Positions 53,451-63,942 of a DNA stretch of 64,000 nucleotides are shown piece after piece. The position numbers were made by a program, and so were the translations under genes. The notes below the pieces were generated by a model. The model was not told the DNA's origin. It saw only the letters and a program-made list of their open reading frames with translations, and made no database searches. The DNA is from a virus, in IMG/VR virus record IMGVR_UViG_3300049830_000285, positions 1 through 64,000 of that record, one strand, 5' to 3'. The stretch's first letter is position 1. Each line of letters begins with the position of its first letter.

Positions 53451-54821
53451 TTATGGTTGTGTCGAGTAATCAAGTCTTGGCATATCGTCATAATTTTCAG
53501 CTAACATGCTCCATTCTAATTTACGGTCTACATCACTTTCTGCTTTACCCGAGCCCTTAGATGGAGTCCACGCAACTTCATTGATAGTAATTTGAAAACC
53601 ACCAAAATTAATATTGATACCACCCTTGTTAATACCCGATGGGCCAGCCAATCTTTCAAGCACAGACCATGCATCTAAGGGTGATTTATATGAAATAGTT
53701 CCAGTGATAGTTCTCCCCTCGGAATACAATGATGTAGGGTGATTATTTTCATCATGTCGCTTGGCAGTATTGGTTGCTAATGAATGTGACGTGTAAACGT
53801 CACTCAAATGATTATCTACAACAATACTAATTCCAGTTACAGTAACCGGATGAATGTTTAGCCCTTGATATCCGCCAAATAATTCATTACCAAGTGCCAC
53901 ACCCAACCCAAAAGCGCCAGAAGTGGGAGTTGGAGATGATAGAGTTAGTTCTGAACCAAAAATCAATCGTCCTAAACCCTTTGCTCCCATACTTGTTAGC
54001 AAAGCTTGCTGAACAGCCTTTAGGTCAACTTGTGCTTTTCGAAATGTATTAATATGAGCCAACTCAACATTAAGGTCAATGGATGATTTTAAATCTGAAG
54101 CCTCAATAGTCAATTTGTTAACCAAACATGGAGTCAACATGCCTTCTCTTAAAGACATTAATGAAAAATCAGGCTCTCTTTCTGGCCCTGCGAGCATTGG
54201 TGCAAACGATAGTAATGTTTGCTGAGTGGTATGATTGTATTGTGTCGGATTGATTAGTACAATCTTTCTATCTGCTTTTGAAATTGAATCTACCGTTACT
54301 GTTTCATATTCCTCGCCGCTACCGTCTAATGGGATAATTGTAATCGGAAAGGGAGTAACAAATGTTAAAAAATCAGCAATATTATCTGTGTAAATTTCAG
54401 ATTGACCAGACGTGATAATCGTATCTCCTATGGGTGATATTAGTCTCCCGACTGAAGCTGTCGCGCTACCCCACCACGCTTGTTTACATAAATCCCACAG
54501 AAGCGCTATAACTGGGTCAACCCAACCTTCTGTTGGAATTATGATTGGTACAAGCACATTTGTGCGAGATTTGCGAACACCAATCTGAATGGTTGCTGAT
54601 TCAGCCCCTTCACCCGCTAATCGACTTTGATAGGCGGAGCTTTGCGATAGATTAAAGTCAAAAGATTTTGCTGGAATGACATTATTGGGTTTGATATCAT
54701 TCACATTAAACGTGAAATTATTTTCATTAGGATTATTTTTCAATATTGCCAACAAATCAGTAAAGCCTTGGTCAAAACCAAGGCTCGAATAAAGACTTTG
54801 CATTTCTGAATAATCACTCAT
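53451..54821 (-). CDS. Tail tube-like structural protein
   Basis: Beta-rich; GRTITGTISY and GGININFGG segments. Confidence 0.45.
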   Translation of the reverse strand: MSDYSEMQSLYSSLGFDQGFTDLLAILKNNPNENNFTFNVNDIKPNNVIPAKSFDFNLSQSSAYQSRLAGEGAESATIQIGVRKSRTNVLVPIIIPTEGWVDPVIALLWDLCKQAWWGSATASVGRLISPIGDTIITSGQSEIYTDNIADFLTFVTPFPITIIPLDGSGEEYETVTVDSISKADRKIVLINPTQYNHTTQQTLLSFAPMLAGPEREPDFSLMSLREGMLTPCLVNKLTIEASDLKSSIDLNVELAHINTFRKAQVDLKAVQQALLTSMGAKGLGRLIFGSELTLSSPTPTSGAFGLGVALGNELFGGYQGLNIHPVTVTGISIVVDNHLSDVYTSHSLATNTAKRHDENNHPTSLYSEGRTITGTISYKSPLDAWSVLERLAGPSGINKGGININFGGFQITINEVAWTPSKGSGKAESDVDRKLEWSMLAENYDDMPRLDYSTQP

Positions 54822-57631
54822 TATGGCGCTGTCTCCACCGTAATTAAATCATATACACTCCAGTCAATAGAACCATCTGTCATCAGGCGCAAATTGGCAC
54901 CTGGAACCACTTGAATATCATCAACTCTATCATATAAATCAGAAGCTCCGCCCAATAAAAATCTAGTATCGCGAGATGTTCCACGAGGAATGGTGACGGT
55001 GGGAAGTTGCACCACTTTTCCTGTAGCACCGAGGCGGGCTTTCACTGTTACCAAAAGTTCATTTTTCGTACTAGTGTCTTCACTTGATTCCACATTTTCC
55101 CCAGATTGAGATACGCTTGGGAGTCTTCCACGGTCGGAAGTAATTTCAACGGCTGGTACATAAACAGATAATCTGCGCCCTGTCTGAGCCTTGTTGTTGG
55201 TTAGGCGAATACCACGCCTGGTTAAGTATAATCCAGTTCTTCCGTAATCCAACCAGCCGAGTAAGCGCAAATATGCTGTTTTATTATTTTGAAGTGTCCA
55301 AGTGCCAGTGTTATTTTGTTCACCATCTGGTGCATAACCATATTGACCAGTGACAACTGAAGTGCTGATATATGTACTGATTCTAGCACCAACAGGCGGG
55401 CTGCTTCGCCCAATGACAATCCAATAAGTAGAACCGCCTGATAATACGTAATCAAACTGACTTGTGTAGAAGGCAGGAGAGGTGGTTAAGTCTTTAAAAT
55501 AGATTGGTGTTCCAGCAGCGACAACTGCGCCTGGGCTGCCAGCATTATTTGCGTGCAAATGAATTGTCAGAAAATCATTGTCATTTCTAACAGAACTAGT
55601 TTTTCTAAGTTTTAAACGTAATCCGCCGAGCTGAGTCCCGCTAAACGATGATATTTTAATTGTCTCCGCTTGAGCATGCAATAATTCATCTGCATTCAAT
55701 GTTGGGGTAACACGCACTTTTGTTCCACTCACTTCACCGGGCACAATACCACTCGAATAAGCGCCTCTATGTAAATATATATTTGAACTTGGTGTAGCAG
55801 AGCGACCAATGACAATCCAATATGTCCCGGCAACTAATGTATAAGCCAAGGCTTTATTGAATACTGTATAACCAGTTCCGATTTCGCTGAACAAAATGTT
55901 TTCTCCCTGTTTCATAAACGCACCGGGTTCTCCAGCGGAATCTGCCACTAGGTTTAGTGTGAGATAATCTGTTCCAGTTCCAGTTAATGCGAGAGAAGAT
56001 TTAATTTCTAATTCTATTTCCGTGATAGGAGTGGTGCCACCAACGGTAAATTTAAACGCATCATATGTATTACCAAGTCTTTCTTCTACACTCATTGTAT
56101 CAGTTGGAATGGCAAAAGAACCACTACCAGTTACAGTTCCAACGGTAGTTAATCTTGCCTCTGTTTGGTCTCCAGCTACAGTTGCTCTTCGATAAATATG
56201 ATAAAAGAGAGCACCAGGCACAGAAGACCATGTGAGTTCATTGACAAAATAATTCGAAGAATTTGTATCCGTCGTAGTTACAATATAGCTCGCTGGAGTT
56301 TCTCCATAAGTTGACCCAGACGGTAACACTGCGGAAACTCCGTATACATAAGTTCCTCTTCTTAGAGTTGATGGCACAGATGTAGATGTAAAATTGTGTG
56401 TAGCTAACCCAGAAACTTGTGAATTATTGATTAATGGATTCGTTAAATCATATAAATCGCCTCTAAAAATTCCAAAAGTGTGTTGCAAATCATCGTTATT
56501 GAAGTCGTAATATGCTTTTTTGAATGATTCCGGGAATTCCATCCTTTCAAGGTCATAAAAACTAACACCACGGGCAAAATATGAATTCGCTCTAAATGGC
56601 TGACTGCCCCAATATTGTCTAAAGCTCGGGTTATTGTTCGTGGCAATAGAGTTCGTATAATCTGTTAATGCTGCAATTGCATCACCAAATGATATAGTTT
56701 GTTTAACTTGTTTAAGATTAGCTCTTGATGCTGTGACGATTTTCAAAATAGTCTTAGCGTCACTGGATTCAAAAACAGTAGCATCAGAAGGCCATTCCGA
56801 AACTGTACTTGATATATACGCCGCAGTTGGAGCGACGATATTTGTTGCAATAGTTGGGGCTGTAACCAAAACATTTGCGATTGGCAGCCAATCAGAAGGC
56901 ATTGGGGGATAATATGAAAATACATCCGGGTCTGTCCCCGATGAAACAACTGGTATACCAACTATTGATTGCACCCTTGGCTCATATATGAAATATACTC
57001 GCGTATTTTGCGGAAATATATCACCTAAAATACCATAATTAACTCCATCGGGTGTAAAGCTTGGGTCAACTTGTAATGCAGTTCCATTTGAATTAAAACC
57101 ACTAAAAACAACAAATGATGTTCCAACGTGGGCTTTTAATGGAAATCCAAGATTTACAGGCGTTGCCGTGTCTGCTACATACAAAACTTGGTCTGAGCTT
57201 GAAGCGGATTGTGAAACAACTGTTGAATATAGCTGAGATGCTTTTTTAGCTTCAGATAATGGGAAGCCAAGTTTCACTCCATATTGATATGTATTATCAT
57301 ATTGCTTTGCTGTTGCTCGTGCAATTGGAACTCTTTGTGCCTCAACTGATATTCTTTGAGTCTTATATGCGACAGTACCACCGCTTACTGATACAAAAGT
57401 TGGTTCATTGGCGTGGTCGTAAGTAACACTAAAGCCCCGGGGGGAGCTTTCCAAAACACCAAATCTCGGCAATTGATTTGTAGAAGACAGGTCAGATAAC
57501 TGAGCCATTTCAAATAAAGCCGTACCTGGTGTGTCTTCACTACCTATGCCATCTCTGACACCAATATATGCATCACCCACGGCGCGAGCATATTCGACAA
57601 TATATTCTTCGATTCTTGCAGTTGTTGCCAT
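54821..57631 (-). CDS. Large virion structural protein with two beta-sandwich repeats
   Basis: 936 aa; two copies of LTxxL.A..AG.PG...YWIVIGRS. Confidence 0.6.
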   Translation of the reverse strand: MATTARIEEYIVEYARAVGDAYIGVRDGIGSEDTPGTALFEMAQLSDLSSTNQLPRFGVLESSPRGFSVTYDHANEPTFVSVSGGTVAYKTQRISVEAQRVPIARATAKQYDNTYQYGVKLGFPLSEAKKASQLYSTVVSQSASSSDQVLYVADTATPVNLGFPLKAHVGTSFVVFSGFNSNGTALQVDPSFTPDGVNYGILGDIFPQNTRVYFIYEPRVQSIVGIPVVSSGTDPDVFSYYPPMPSDWLPIANVLVTAPTIATNIVAPTAAYISSTVSEWPSDATVFESSDAKTILKIVTASRANLKQVKQTISFGDAIAALTDYTNSIATNNNPSFRQYWGSQPFRANSYFARGVSFYDLERMEFPESFKKAYYDFNNDDLQHTFGIFRGDLYDLTNPLINNSQVSGLATHNFTSTSVPSTLRRGTYVYGVSAVLPSGSTYGETPASYIVTTTDTNSSNYFVNELTWSSVPGALFYHIYRRATVAGDQTEARLTTVGTVTGSGSFAIPTDTMSVEERLGNTYDAFKFTVGGTTPITEIELEIKSSLALTGTGTDYLTLNLVADSAGEPGAFMKQGENILFSEIGTGYTVFNKALAYTLVAGTYWIVIGRSATPSSNIYLHRGAYSSGIVPGEVSGTKVRVTPTLNADELLHAQAETIKISSFSGTQLGGLRLKLRKTSSVRNDNDFLTIHLHANNAGSPGAVVAAGTPIYFKDLTTSPAFYTSQFDYVLSGGSTYWIVIGRSSPPVGARISTYISTSVVTGQYGYAPDGEQNNTGTWTLQNNKTAYLRLLGWLDYGRTGLYLTRRGIRLTNNKAQTGRRLSVYVPAVEITSDRGRLPSVSQSGENVESSEDTSTKNELLVTVKARLGATGKVVQLPTVTIPRGTSRDTRFLLGGASDLYDRVDDIQVVPGANLRLMTDGSIDWSVYDLITVETAP

Positions 57632-58500
57632 TATGTTATCAATGTAATCCCTAAAACTTCACTTAAATATTGCTCTAATCTTGCTGGCATAATATTGCTA
57701 CCACTTTTTTGCCAATAATGTAGAAAATCTGGCTCCCACGTCGGTAGTTGAACCCAAGTGTTTACAATATTTTGTACAGCATTCTCTGAAATATTTACAC
57801 CAGCTATCACATTGTTATAATTCGTAATAGCTGCTGGAATAAGAGTAACACCCATGTTTTCTTCTGCATAACCGCCCCAGCCTCTTGGTTTTCTAACATC
57901 AATTAAGTGTGTTTCTATGCGATTTTTATAGCTTTCATTAGAATCATAATAAGTGATATCCATGATAAAGCGATAGATTTCCAAAATAAAGCCACTACTC
58001 GGTGGCGCGACAGGTGTAATATCTCCATTTTGTAAAGCTGATATTGCTGTGTCGATATCAAAATCTTTATTCATTAATATTCTCGTTCCAGTGCCGTTAG
58101 TGCCGCCTCTTAACAATAGTGGGACAATAGTTGGTGCTGTTGGAGCTGTATTACTTTGCAAAAATATACTACCAAAAGCATAAACATTTTGTAACGGTTC
58201 TGCGCCACCAATATCCAACAATGATGACAGAGATAATCCAGATTCAACAGAGGGAATATTCAATAAGTCTCCCTCTTGTCTGGTGACGCCAATACTTATT
58301 ACCGCTTCCTTGGCATAATTAGTCGTCAATTGTGGTTCAACAGAGGCGTATCCCCAACATAAATCTAAATCCCTGACCGTAAGATTCACACCCATCGCGA
58401 ATTCCTCTAAAGACAATGATGTGTCTTGCGAAGAATAGATTAAATCTCTTCCTCGCAGCATCGAATCTAAAACATTCGCTGTGTATTTATTTGGTGACAT
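57631..58500 (-). CDS. Hypothetical structural protein
   Basis: 289 aa, TAATG-coupled on both sides. Confidence 0.55.
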   Translation of the reverse strand: MSPNKYTANVLDSMLRGRDLIYSSQDTSLSLEEFAMGVNLTVRDLDLCWGYASVEPQLTTNYAKEAVISIGVTRQEGDLLNIPSVESGLSLSSLLDIGGAEPLQNVYAFGSIFLQSNTAPTAPTIVPLLLRGGTNGTGTRILMNKDFDIDTAISALQNGDITPVAPPSSGFILEIYRFIMDITYYDSNESYKNRIETHLIDVRKPRGWGGYAEENMGVTLIPAAITNYNNVIAGVNISENAVQNIVNTWVQLPTWEPDFLHYWQKSGSNIMPARLEQYLSEVLGITLIT

Positions 58501-61500
58501 TATGTGCTCCTCAACACTAAGATGTCGCCAGGGGGCGCACCATGAGTCGATGTTGAAAACGCATCAGATGTTTTACCAACAGAAAGAAAAACAATTCGGT
58601 CTGCGTTATTTGGTGTTATTTGTACAGGGATAGGCGCAATATCTGTGGCACCGAGACTAACATAAGCGGCTAAATTGGATGGTGGAGACCATTCTAGATG
58701 TAATTTTTCATTATCAGAACCATCGTATGGAGCACCATAATAGTGTTCTACTACAACAGAATAGTAAAGTCCAGATGTTAATGATGGTGTCATGGCTGTT
58801 AATATTTGCTGACTATTAGGGTCAGCAGTAGGCCATGAATCAATTAATAATTCTCCTTCAAAATAAACTCGAACGCCGTCATTAAATGTTGCTTTAATAC
58901 GATGTGCTCCGGTCTCTAAAGCCTGTACACTGCTTTCAAAGCGACCGTTGAAGTACGTACTCTGAGTGGTGCTAAAGTCATAGCTTGTGTAGTTTAATGT
59001 ATTAGTCATAACATCAACGTCGGGCGCAACATTAATATCAATAAACTTGTAACTACCAGAATTTCTTTTCCACCACAAATTTCTCCAACCTTGCGCAGCA
59101 GGAAGCTTAACAGTGTAATCGTATGTTGTACCACCGATTTCGTACCTTACACATACGTAAATATCTTTACTTCTCCGAACATATGACCAGGAAAACCCGT
59201 CATTAACAGCCCTTGGGTAAATAGATATTGGGCCGGATGTTGGCATTTTATCACATGTAAATGCCCAATATCCATCCACTTTGTAAATAGATGTATGCTC
59301 TCTTGCGGTATTTGGGCCTGGTAGATATTGCAAGATGTTGGCAGTCGAGCGATTGAATGCGCCCAAGATAAAGCGACTCGATTGATAGAACTTAAACCAC
59401 GCAGAGCCAGAATCTACCTGCCAAACATTTGCACTATCTGTTTTAGCAACATGTTCTGGGCTTGAACCTTTATCAATAACAACAACTCCGCCAGATACCT
59501 GAGCGTTTTTGGTTAACACAAACCAATAATTACTCCCGATTGTTGCGCCATCTATCGCAAATGTAAATTCTTGCCATGTATTTGTAAGTGTGTTGATTCT
59601 TATAAAACTACCATCCAGTGCCTGTACAACCACTGGTACACCGCCACCAGCATCACTGTAAATAAATGCAGTGAATTTATCATCTGAACTATTGTATGGT
59701 ATTAATGTTAAATTAGTTGAGTCGGGAATGAATTTCATTCTTATAACGAACGAGCGCATCTGTGATACAAGAGATGCTGACGCGAGATAAATAGCTTGTG
59801 ATTTGGCCAAAAATGGCTCTTCAAACCCAGTGTATGCATTTCCACTGTGGTCAATAAGCAAAGCCCCGGAAGCTGGCGATACATTATCATAACATTTAAA
59901 CCAAGCACCGCCACTGCCAACTCTCCATGTGTCTGCACTTGGGGTATCCCACATTGTTGAGTTCCATAGATAAGAAATACCGCCGCCAGTTGGATTAGAG
60001 CCATTGACGCTATCAAATACAATTGTTCCGCCCTCGGTGGGAGCGCTTTTTTCTAACACAATCCAATATTTAGTTCCAGTGGATAAGCTCGCGTACAGAT
60101 TGCATCTAAATTCTTGATATGCACTTGTGAACGAACTATAGCTAATTTCCCCACCTGTGACAATTAATTCTCCGGGAATATTTTGAGCATTGTCATTAAC
60201 TGTATTTGAATATAGAGAAACGGTGATATGTTCGCTGTTCGTATTTGTCAACAATCCTGTTGTATTTGCAATGTCAAATACACATTTTGCCTTAAATGAA
60301 AATTCTCCCACTCCACTGGCGTCAGTTGTCGATAAGTAAAAACCAATAGAAGTAGACACAAATGGTTTTTCTTTTCCAGTATTAGCAGAAGCATCTAGTG
60401 CTGCATCACTGGGAAGTTGAGCCTGTGTGCCAAAATTTTCTAAATCGCCAGCCGCTAGATTAGATGGTGCAATAGTAAAAGAATCAGAGCGCAGACTTGA
60501 CAACGGCGGCATTGCCTCTTCTCCATCGCTTTGTATTGCCCCAAAATACGGATTTGTATTTTCTTTCCAATATGGAATCGTCGCGAAGCTATAATCAGAA
60601 ATACTAATAGATGCGCCTCGCAGTGCAACAAAATCATTTGGATACTGACGTAAATCAACAGTGTAAAATTCGCCGCCAGAATCGAGATATAGTTGAACAA
60701 ATATATCTATTTGTTCCTGGGTGTATCCTTGATTTTCCAGATTTTTTCTAAATTGTGCTTCTGTTGTTTTGGTTTCATCTTCTGGCGCAACAACTTTTGT
60801 ATATAAAGTGCGATAATCTCCCATAGATAAATCTGGAACTATACCAGCATAACCATGTAGTCTCCACTCATCTATAGTTTCAAGAGTACCACTTGCCCTT
60901 GATGCTCTTTCTTCGTCGGTGCCTTTCTTGTAATAACCAATTGTTGTTAAACCCTGAGATATTCTATTGGCATACTCTTGATTAGTAAGATAATATTTAG
61001 AAGCCATAATATCCCAATCTTTTTGAAATGTATTTTCATCAATGTCTTCGAGAAGTAGGCGCAGTTTATAATCTAACCCAATTCGAACACCAGCGGAGTC
61101 AGTATCCAGCACACTACAGGATTCAGATGGTTCAAGAAAAATCTCAAATTTGGTTGGGATATTAAATCTATTGTTTTTGAGATACAATTTATCTGAATCA
61201 AATCTTAAAACTTCCGTAGAAGGTGGTAAACCAGATAATTCTTCAATCATTCCTCTCGCAGAAGCAGTAAATTGAAATGCTATTGGCGTTTCATCAACCG
61301 CCGCTTGTAGTAATGGATTGTGTGGTTTCTTTAACAATCCGCGAAATGTTTGCGAAGCATTTCCATCTGGATTTACCAATGCAAGGCGTGAATTAGCCAG
61401 TGTATTTGGTGTCCTGGAGCCTGGGACAACCAAATGAAAAGCCGCATTCAAAACGGGATTGTTAAAATGAGTTGAGCGATAATTTTGTACCGTTTTAGCC

Positions 61501-63119
61501 AACGAACCAAGTAAACTGTCTGTTAATATTGTGTCATCAAATGGTGGATGGGCGAATGTTACCGCTGGTTGGTCAATAAACAAAATTGAAAAGTTTTGAT
61601 GTAAATTGCTACTTGTTACGCCTTCAAAATCATTTGTTTTAACTGCCCCAATCAACCCTCCATCCACGCCTTCAACTGTTTGATAGAGTGTGCCCGGAGC
61701 GCGACGATAAACCACTCTTGCAATAACGGTGTAATCTTGCGGTGGAATAGGCCAGTATGAAAAATTACTCCAATTATCGGGATAATCTTCGGGGGATATA
61801 GGAGCGCCTACAAAAACCAATGGGTCTGATTGCGGATAATCAAATTCAGTACCTCGATTTTTAGTAAGATATAATACTGGCACAGCATCGCCAGTATTAA
61901 TATCCAATAGATATCCGGTAATACTATTTGTTAAACCATGTGTTGCAGACTCAGGCCAATCATGTAATAAATGATATGCGGCTGGAGCTGTGGGATTACT
62001 ATATTGTCCATCAAAGAATTGAAAATGAGTTCTACGTTTGTCAATCAAATGAAGATTAGATGTTACAGAATTAGATTTATCATTGATTGCCAAGCTAGAC
62101 CAAGTGAGTCTATCTGTTATCTCATTGCGAAAATAGCTTTTCTTTTCCCATTTAATTAAATGGTCACTGGTAACAACAACAACAGGATTGCCATTTGCGG
62201 CGTTTTGCGTTCCAATAGTAAATGTATCCTTTGAACCCCAATAAATAACAATATGCCACCACTCGTTATTTAACCAATTGGTTAAAAAAGCAGGCCTAGT
62301 TACGGTAATATCCCAGCTAGTATTTACGGAGCCATTTCTTGCAATAGAGTAATCCAGTTGAGTCAAAATACCATTAGTGTCATCACTTACAGGCGGCTGA
62401 GTTAGAGCACCCCATGAACTAATTGTTCCATTTCCAGAGACGACGGCAGTTTGGTGTAAATTGGCATGAGAATATAAGCGTACATCTAATGGAGCGTCTG
62501 TTGCTGCATTAGTGAGCATCACTCCCTCAAGCTCTTCTTTGGTCAATGTAAATCGAAAATCTTTTACCGGAGATGTTCCGCCTGTGGTGTTTTTAATAGA
62601 AAGCCAACGAGCATTCTGCCAAAATCCAACCTGATGATATGTACCAGAGCCAACGTGATATCGGACTGGTGTTAACCGAGTAAGTCGAGAGGCGTAGCTG
62701 GGTTCTGAATTTTCGTCATTATTAGATGGTCGAGCACGCGGATATCCCTTCCATTGGTTATAATCCCAAACTCCCCATCCCTCCGGTGTGGGTGGCCCAT
62801 CATAACTTGGATTCCAATTTCCAGATACATATGCGGGAAATAACGATTGTGTTTTACCATTATCAGCTAAAACAGCTCCACCTTGAATTCCATATCCAAC
62901 TCGGTCTAGACTACCAAATTTTAATAATGACGTGTTGGGAAGTGCATAATCAAAATCATGAAAACGAACAGAACCCTTCAATCGACATAATGCTCTCTCT
63001 AGCCGTAACAATGCTCCTGGGCGTCTATCTATGTCCCCTATAGGTGTATCTATTGCTCCCCAAGCTCTTCCTAAAGATTCTGTCAAAAGCGTGAGTTGTT
63101 TTCTGTCAATATTTGTCAT
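58500..63119 (-). CDS. Large virion protein (baseplate/receptor-binding-like) with beta-sandwich repeats and a C-terminal PA14 domain
   Basis: 1539 aa; NDGVRVYFEGELLIDSW...YYSVVVEHY...LHLEWSPP is PA14-like; YWIVLEK and YWFVLTK repeats. Confidence 0.65.
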   Translation of the reverse strand: MTNIDRKQLTLLTESLGRAWGAIDTPIGDIDRRPGALLRLERALCRLKGSVRFHDFDYALPNTSLLKFGSLDRVGYGIQGGAVLADNGKTQSLFPAYVSGNWNPSYDGPPTPEGWGVWDYNQWKGYPRARPSNNDENSEPSYASRLTRLTPVRYHVGSGTYHQVGFWQNARWLSIKNTTGGTSPVKDFRFTLTKEELEGVMLTNAATDAPLDVRLYSHANLHQTAVVSGNGTISSWGALTQPPVSDDTNGILTQLDYSIARNGSVNTSWDITVTRPAFLTNWLNNEWWHIVIYWGSKDTFTIGTQNAANGNPVVVVTSDHLIKWEKKSYFRNEITDRLTWSSLAINDKSNSVTSNLHLIDKRRTHFQFFDGQYSNPTAPAAYHLLHDWPESATHGLTNSITGYLLDINTGDAVPVLYLTKNRGTEFDYPQSDPLVFVGAPISPEDYPDNWSNFSYWPIPPQDYTVIARVVYRRAPGTLYQTVEGVDGGLIGAVKTNDFEGVTSSNLHQNFSILFIDQPAVTFAHPPFDDTILTDSLLGSLAKTVQNYRSTHFNNPVLNAAFHLVVPGSRTPNTLANSRLALVNPDGNASQTFRGLLKKPHNPLLQAAVDETPIAFQFTASARGMIEELSGLPPSTEVLRFDSDKLYLKNNRFNIPTKFEIFLEPSESCSVLDTDSAGVRIGLDYKLRLLLEDIDENTFQKDWDIMASKYYLTNQEYANRISQGLTTIGYYKKGTDEERASRASGTLETIDEWRLHGYAGIVPDLSMGDYRTLYTKVVAPEDETKTTEAQFRKNLENQGYTQEQIDIFVQLYLDSGGEFYTVDLRQYPNDFVALRGASISISDYSFATIPYWKENTNPYFGAIQSDGEEAMPPLSSLRSDSFTIAPSNLAAGDLENFGTQAQLPSDAALDASANTGKEKPFVSTSIGFYLSTTDASGVGEFSFKAKCVFDIANTTGLLTNTNSEHITVSLYSNTVNDNAQNIPGELIVTGGEISYSSFTSAYQEFRCNLYASLSTGTKYWIVLEKSAPTEGGTIVFDSVNGSNPTGGGISYLWNSTMWDTPSADTWRVGSGGAWFKCYDNVSPASGALLIDHSGNAYTGFEEPFLAKSQAIYLASASLVSQMRSFVIRMKFIPDSTNLTLIPYNSSDDKFTAFIYSDAGGGVPVVVQALDGSFIRINTLTNTWQEFTFAIDGATIGSNYWFVLTKNAQVSGGVVVIDKGSSPEHVAKTDSANVWQVDSGSAWFKFYQSSRFILGAFNRSTANILQYLPGPNTAREHTSIYKVDGYWAFTCDKMPTSGPISIYPRAVNDGFSWSYVRRSKDIYVCVRYEIGGTTYDYTVKLPAAQGWRNLWWKRNSGSYKFIDINVAPDVDVMTNTLNYTSYDFSTTQSTYFNGRFESSVQALETGAHRIKATFNDGVRVYFEGELLIDSWPTADPNSQQILTAMTPSLTSGLYYSVVVEHYYGAPYDGSDNEKLHLEWSPPSNLAAYVSLGATDIAPIPVQITPNNADRIVFLSVGKTSDAFSTSTHGAPPGDILVLRST

Positions 63120-63122
63120 ATA

Positions 63123-63902
63123 TCAATCCCAAGAATCTGTAGGTACAGTGTCTGGCCCATATGCTGTCTGTTTCACCAACTCTTCCATCATGATTGAAAA
63201 TTCAGATGCATGCAATAATTGTTTCCCCATACCATCATCACTTGGTTTAATGTCAGTCATGTCAACATTGTACAAAAAGCGAACGGCTCGTCTTTTGTCA
63301 TTTTGATAATAAAGAATTCTATCTCTTGCTTGTGTGGTGAGATTTGGAACTGAAACACTATTTCGAACATCTGTGTCAAGCAATTCATATGCCGCTCTCG
63401 CTACTCCAGAGTCCACAAATGGAGGAATTGTATCGGTTGAGGGATGCGTTTCCAACCATGTGTTGGTTAAATCTGTTTCTACGATTGTAACATAAGGTGC
63501 AAATAATGTGGCATGTGTCAACGTAAAATGCAAAGGAGACATAATTTTTTTGTTACATATGGGGCACTTAACCATCACCCATATTCTTTTATGCGGCAAT
63601 AATGTCTCAAATAAAATACGAGCCATTTCTTGACTAACTCTTTCAGATATCTCTTTGTTATCATTCTGAGCCCATGTTTGAATAGTGATTGTATGGGTGA
63701 GTTTATAAAGACTATGAGCGTATTTTTGTGGCTTGGAAGTGGAACCCTTAATGACAATCGCTGGTTGCTCAGGGATTGTCTCTTGGTCGCCAAAAAGGAA
63801 TTGTTTAATTACACGGTCATAAACAACGTTTTGACCCGCGTTGTTTTTTGGCAAATCTGTAAATAAGATGCCGCGTACCGTTTCATAGACTTGTTCAAGC
63901 AT
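63123..63902 (-). CDS. Probable tail completion/neck protein
   Basis: 259 aa; PEQPAIVI, HTITIQTW, CPIC..H..H insert. Function inferred from position and appearance. Confidence 0.4.
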   Translation of the reverse strand: MLEQVYETVRGILFTDLPKNNAGQNVVYDRVIKQFLFGDQETIPEQPAIVIKGSTSKPQKYAHSLYKLTHTITIQTWAQNDNKEISERVSQEMARILFETLLPHKRIWVMVKCPICNKKIMSPLHFTLTHATLFAPYVTIVETDLTNTWLETHPSTDTIPPFVDSGVARAAYELLDTDVRNSVSVPNLTTQARDRILYYQNDKRRAVRFLYNVDMTDIKPSDDGMGKQLLHASEFSIMMEELVKQTAYGPDTVPTDSWD

Positions 63903-63913
63903 GCTTGTCTGTA

Positions 63914-63942
63914 ATTTCTAGCAGAAGTCTTTGAAATCCTTG
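63914..63942 (-). promoter_or_regulatory. Putative late (sigmaH-like) promoter of the tail operon
   Basis: Minus strand CAAGGA-N18-GAAAT; the same motif occurs at 9512, 12525, 17165, 29358 and 50197 on the + strand. Confidence 0.5.
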
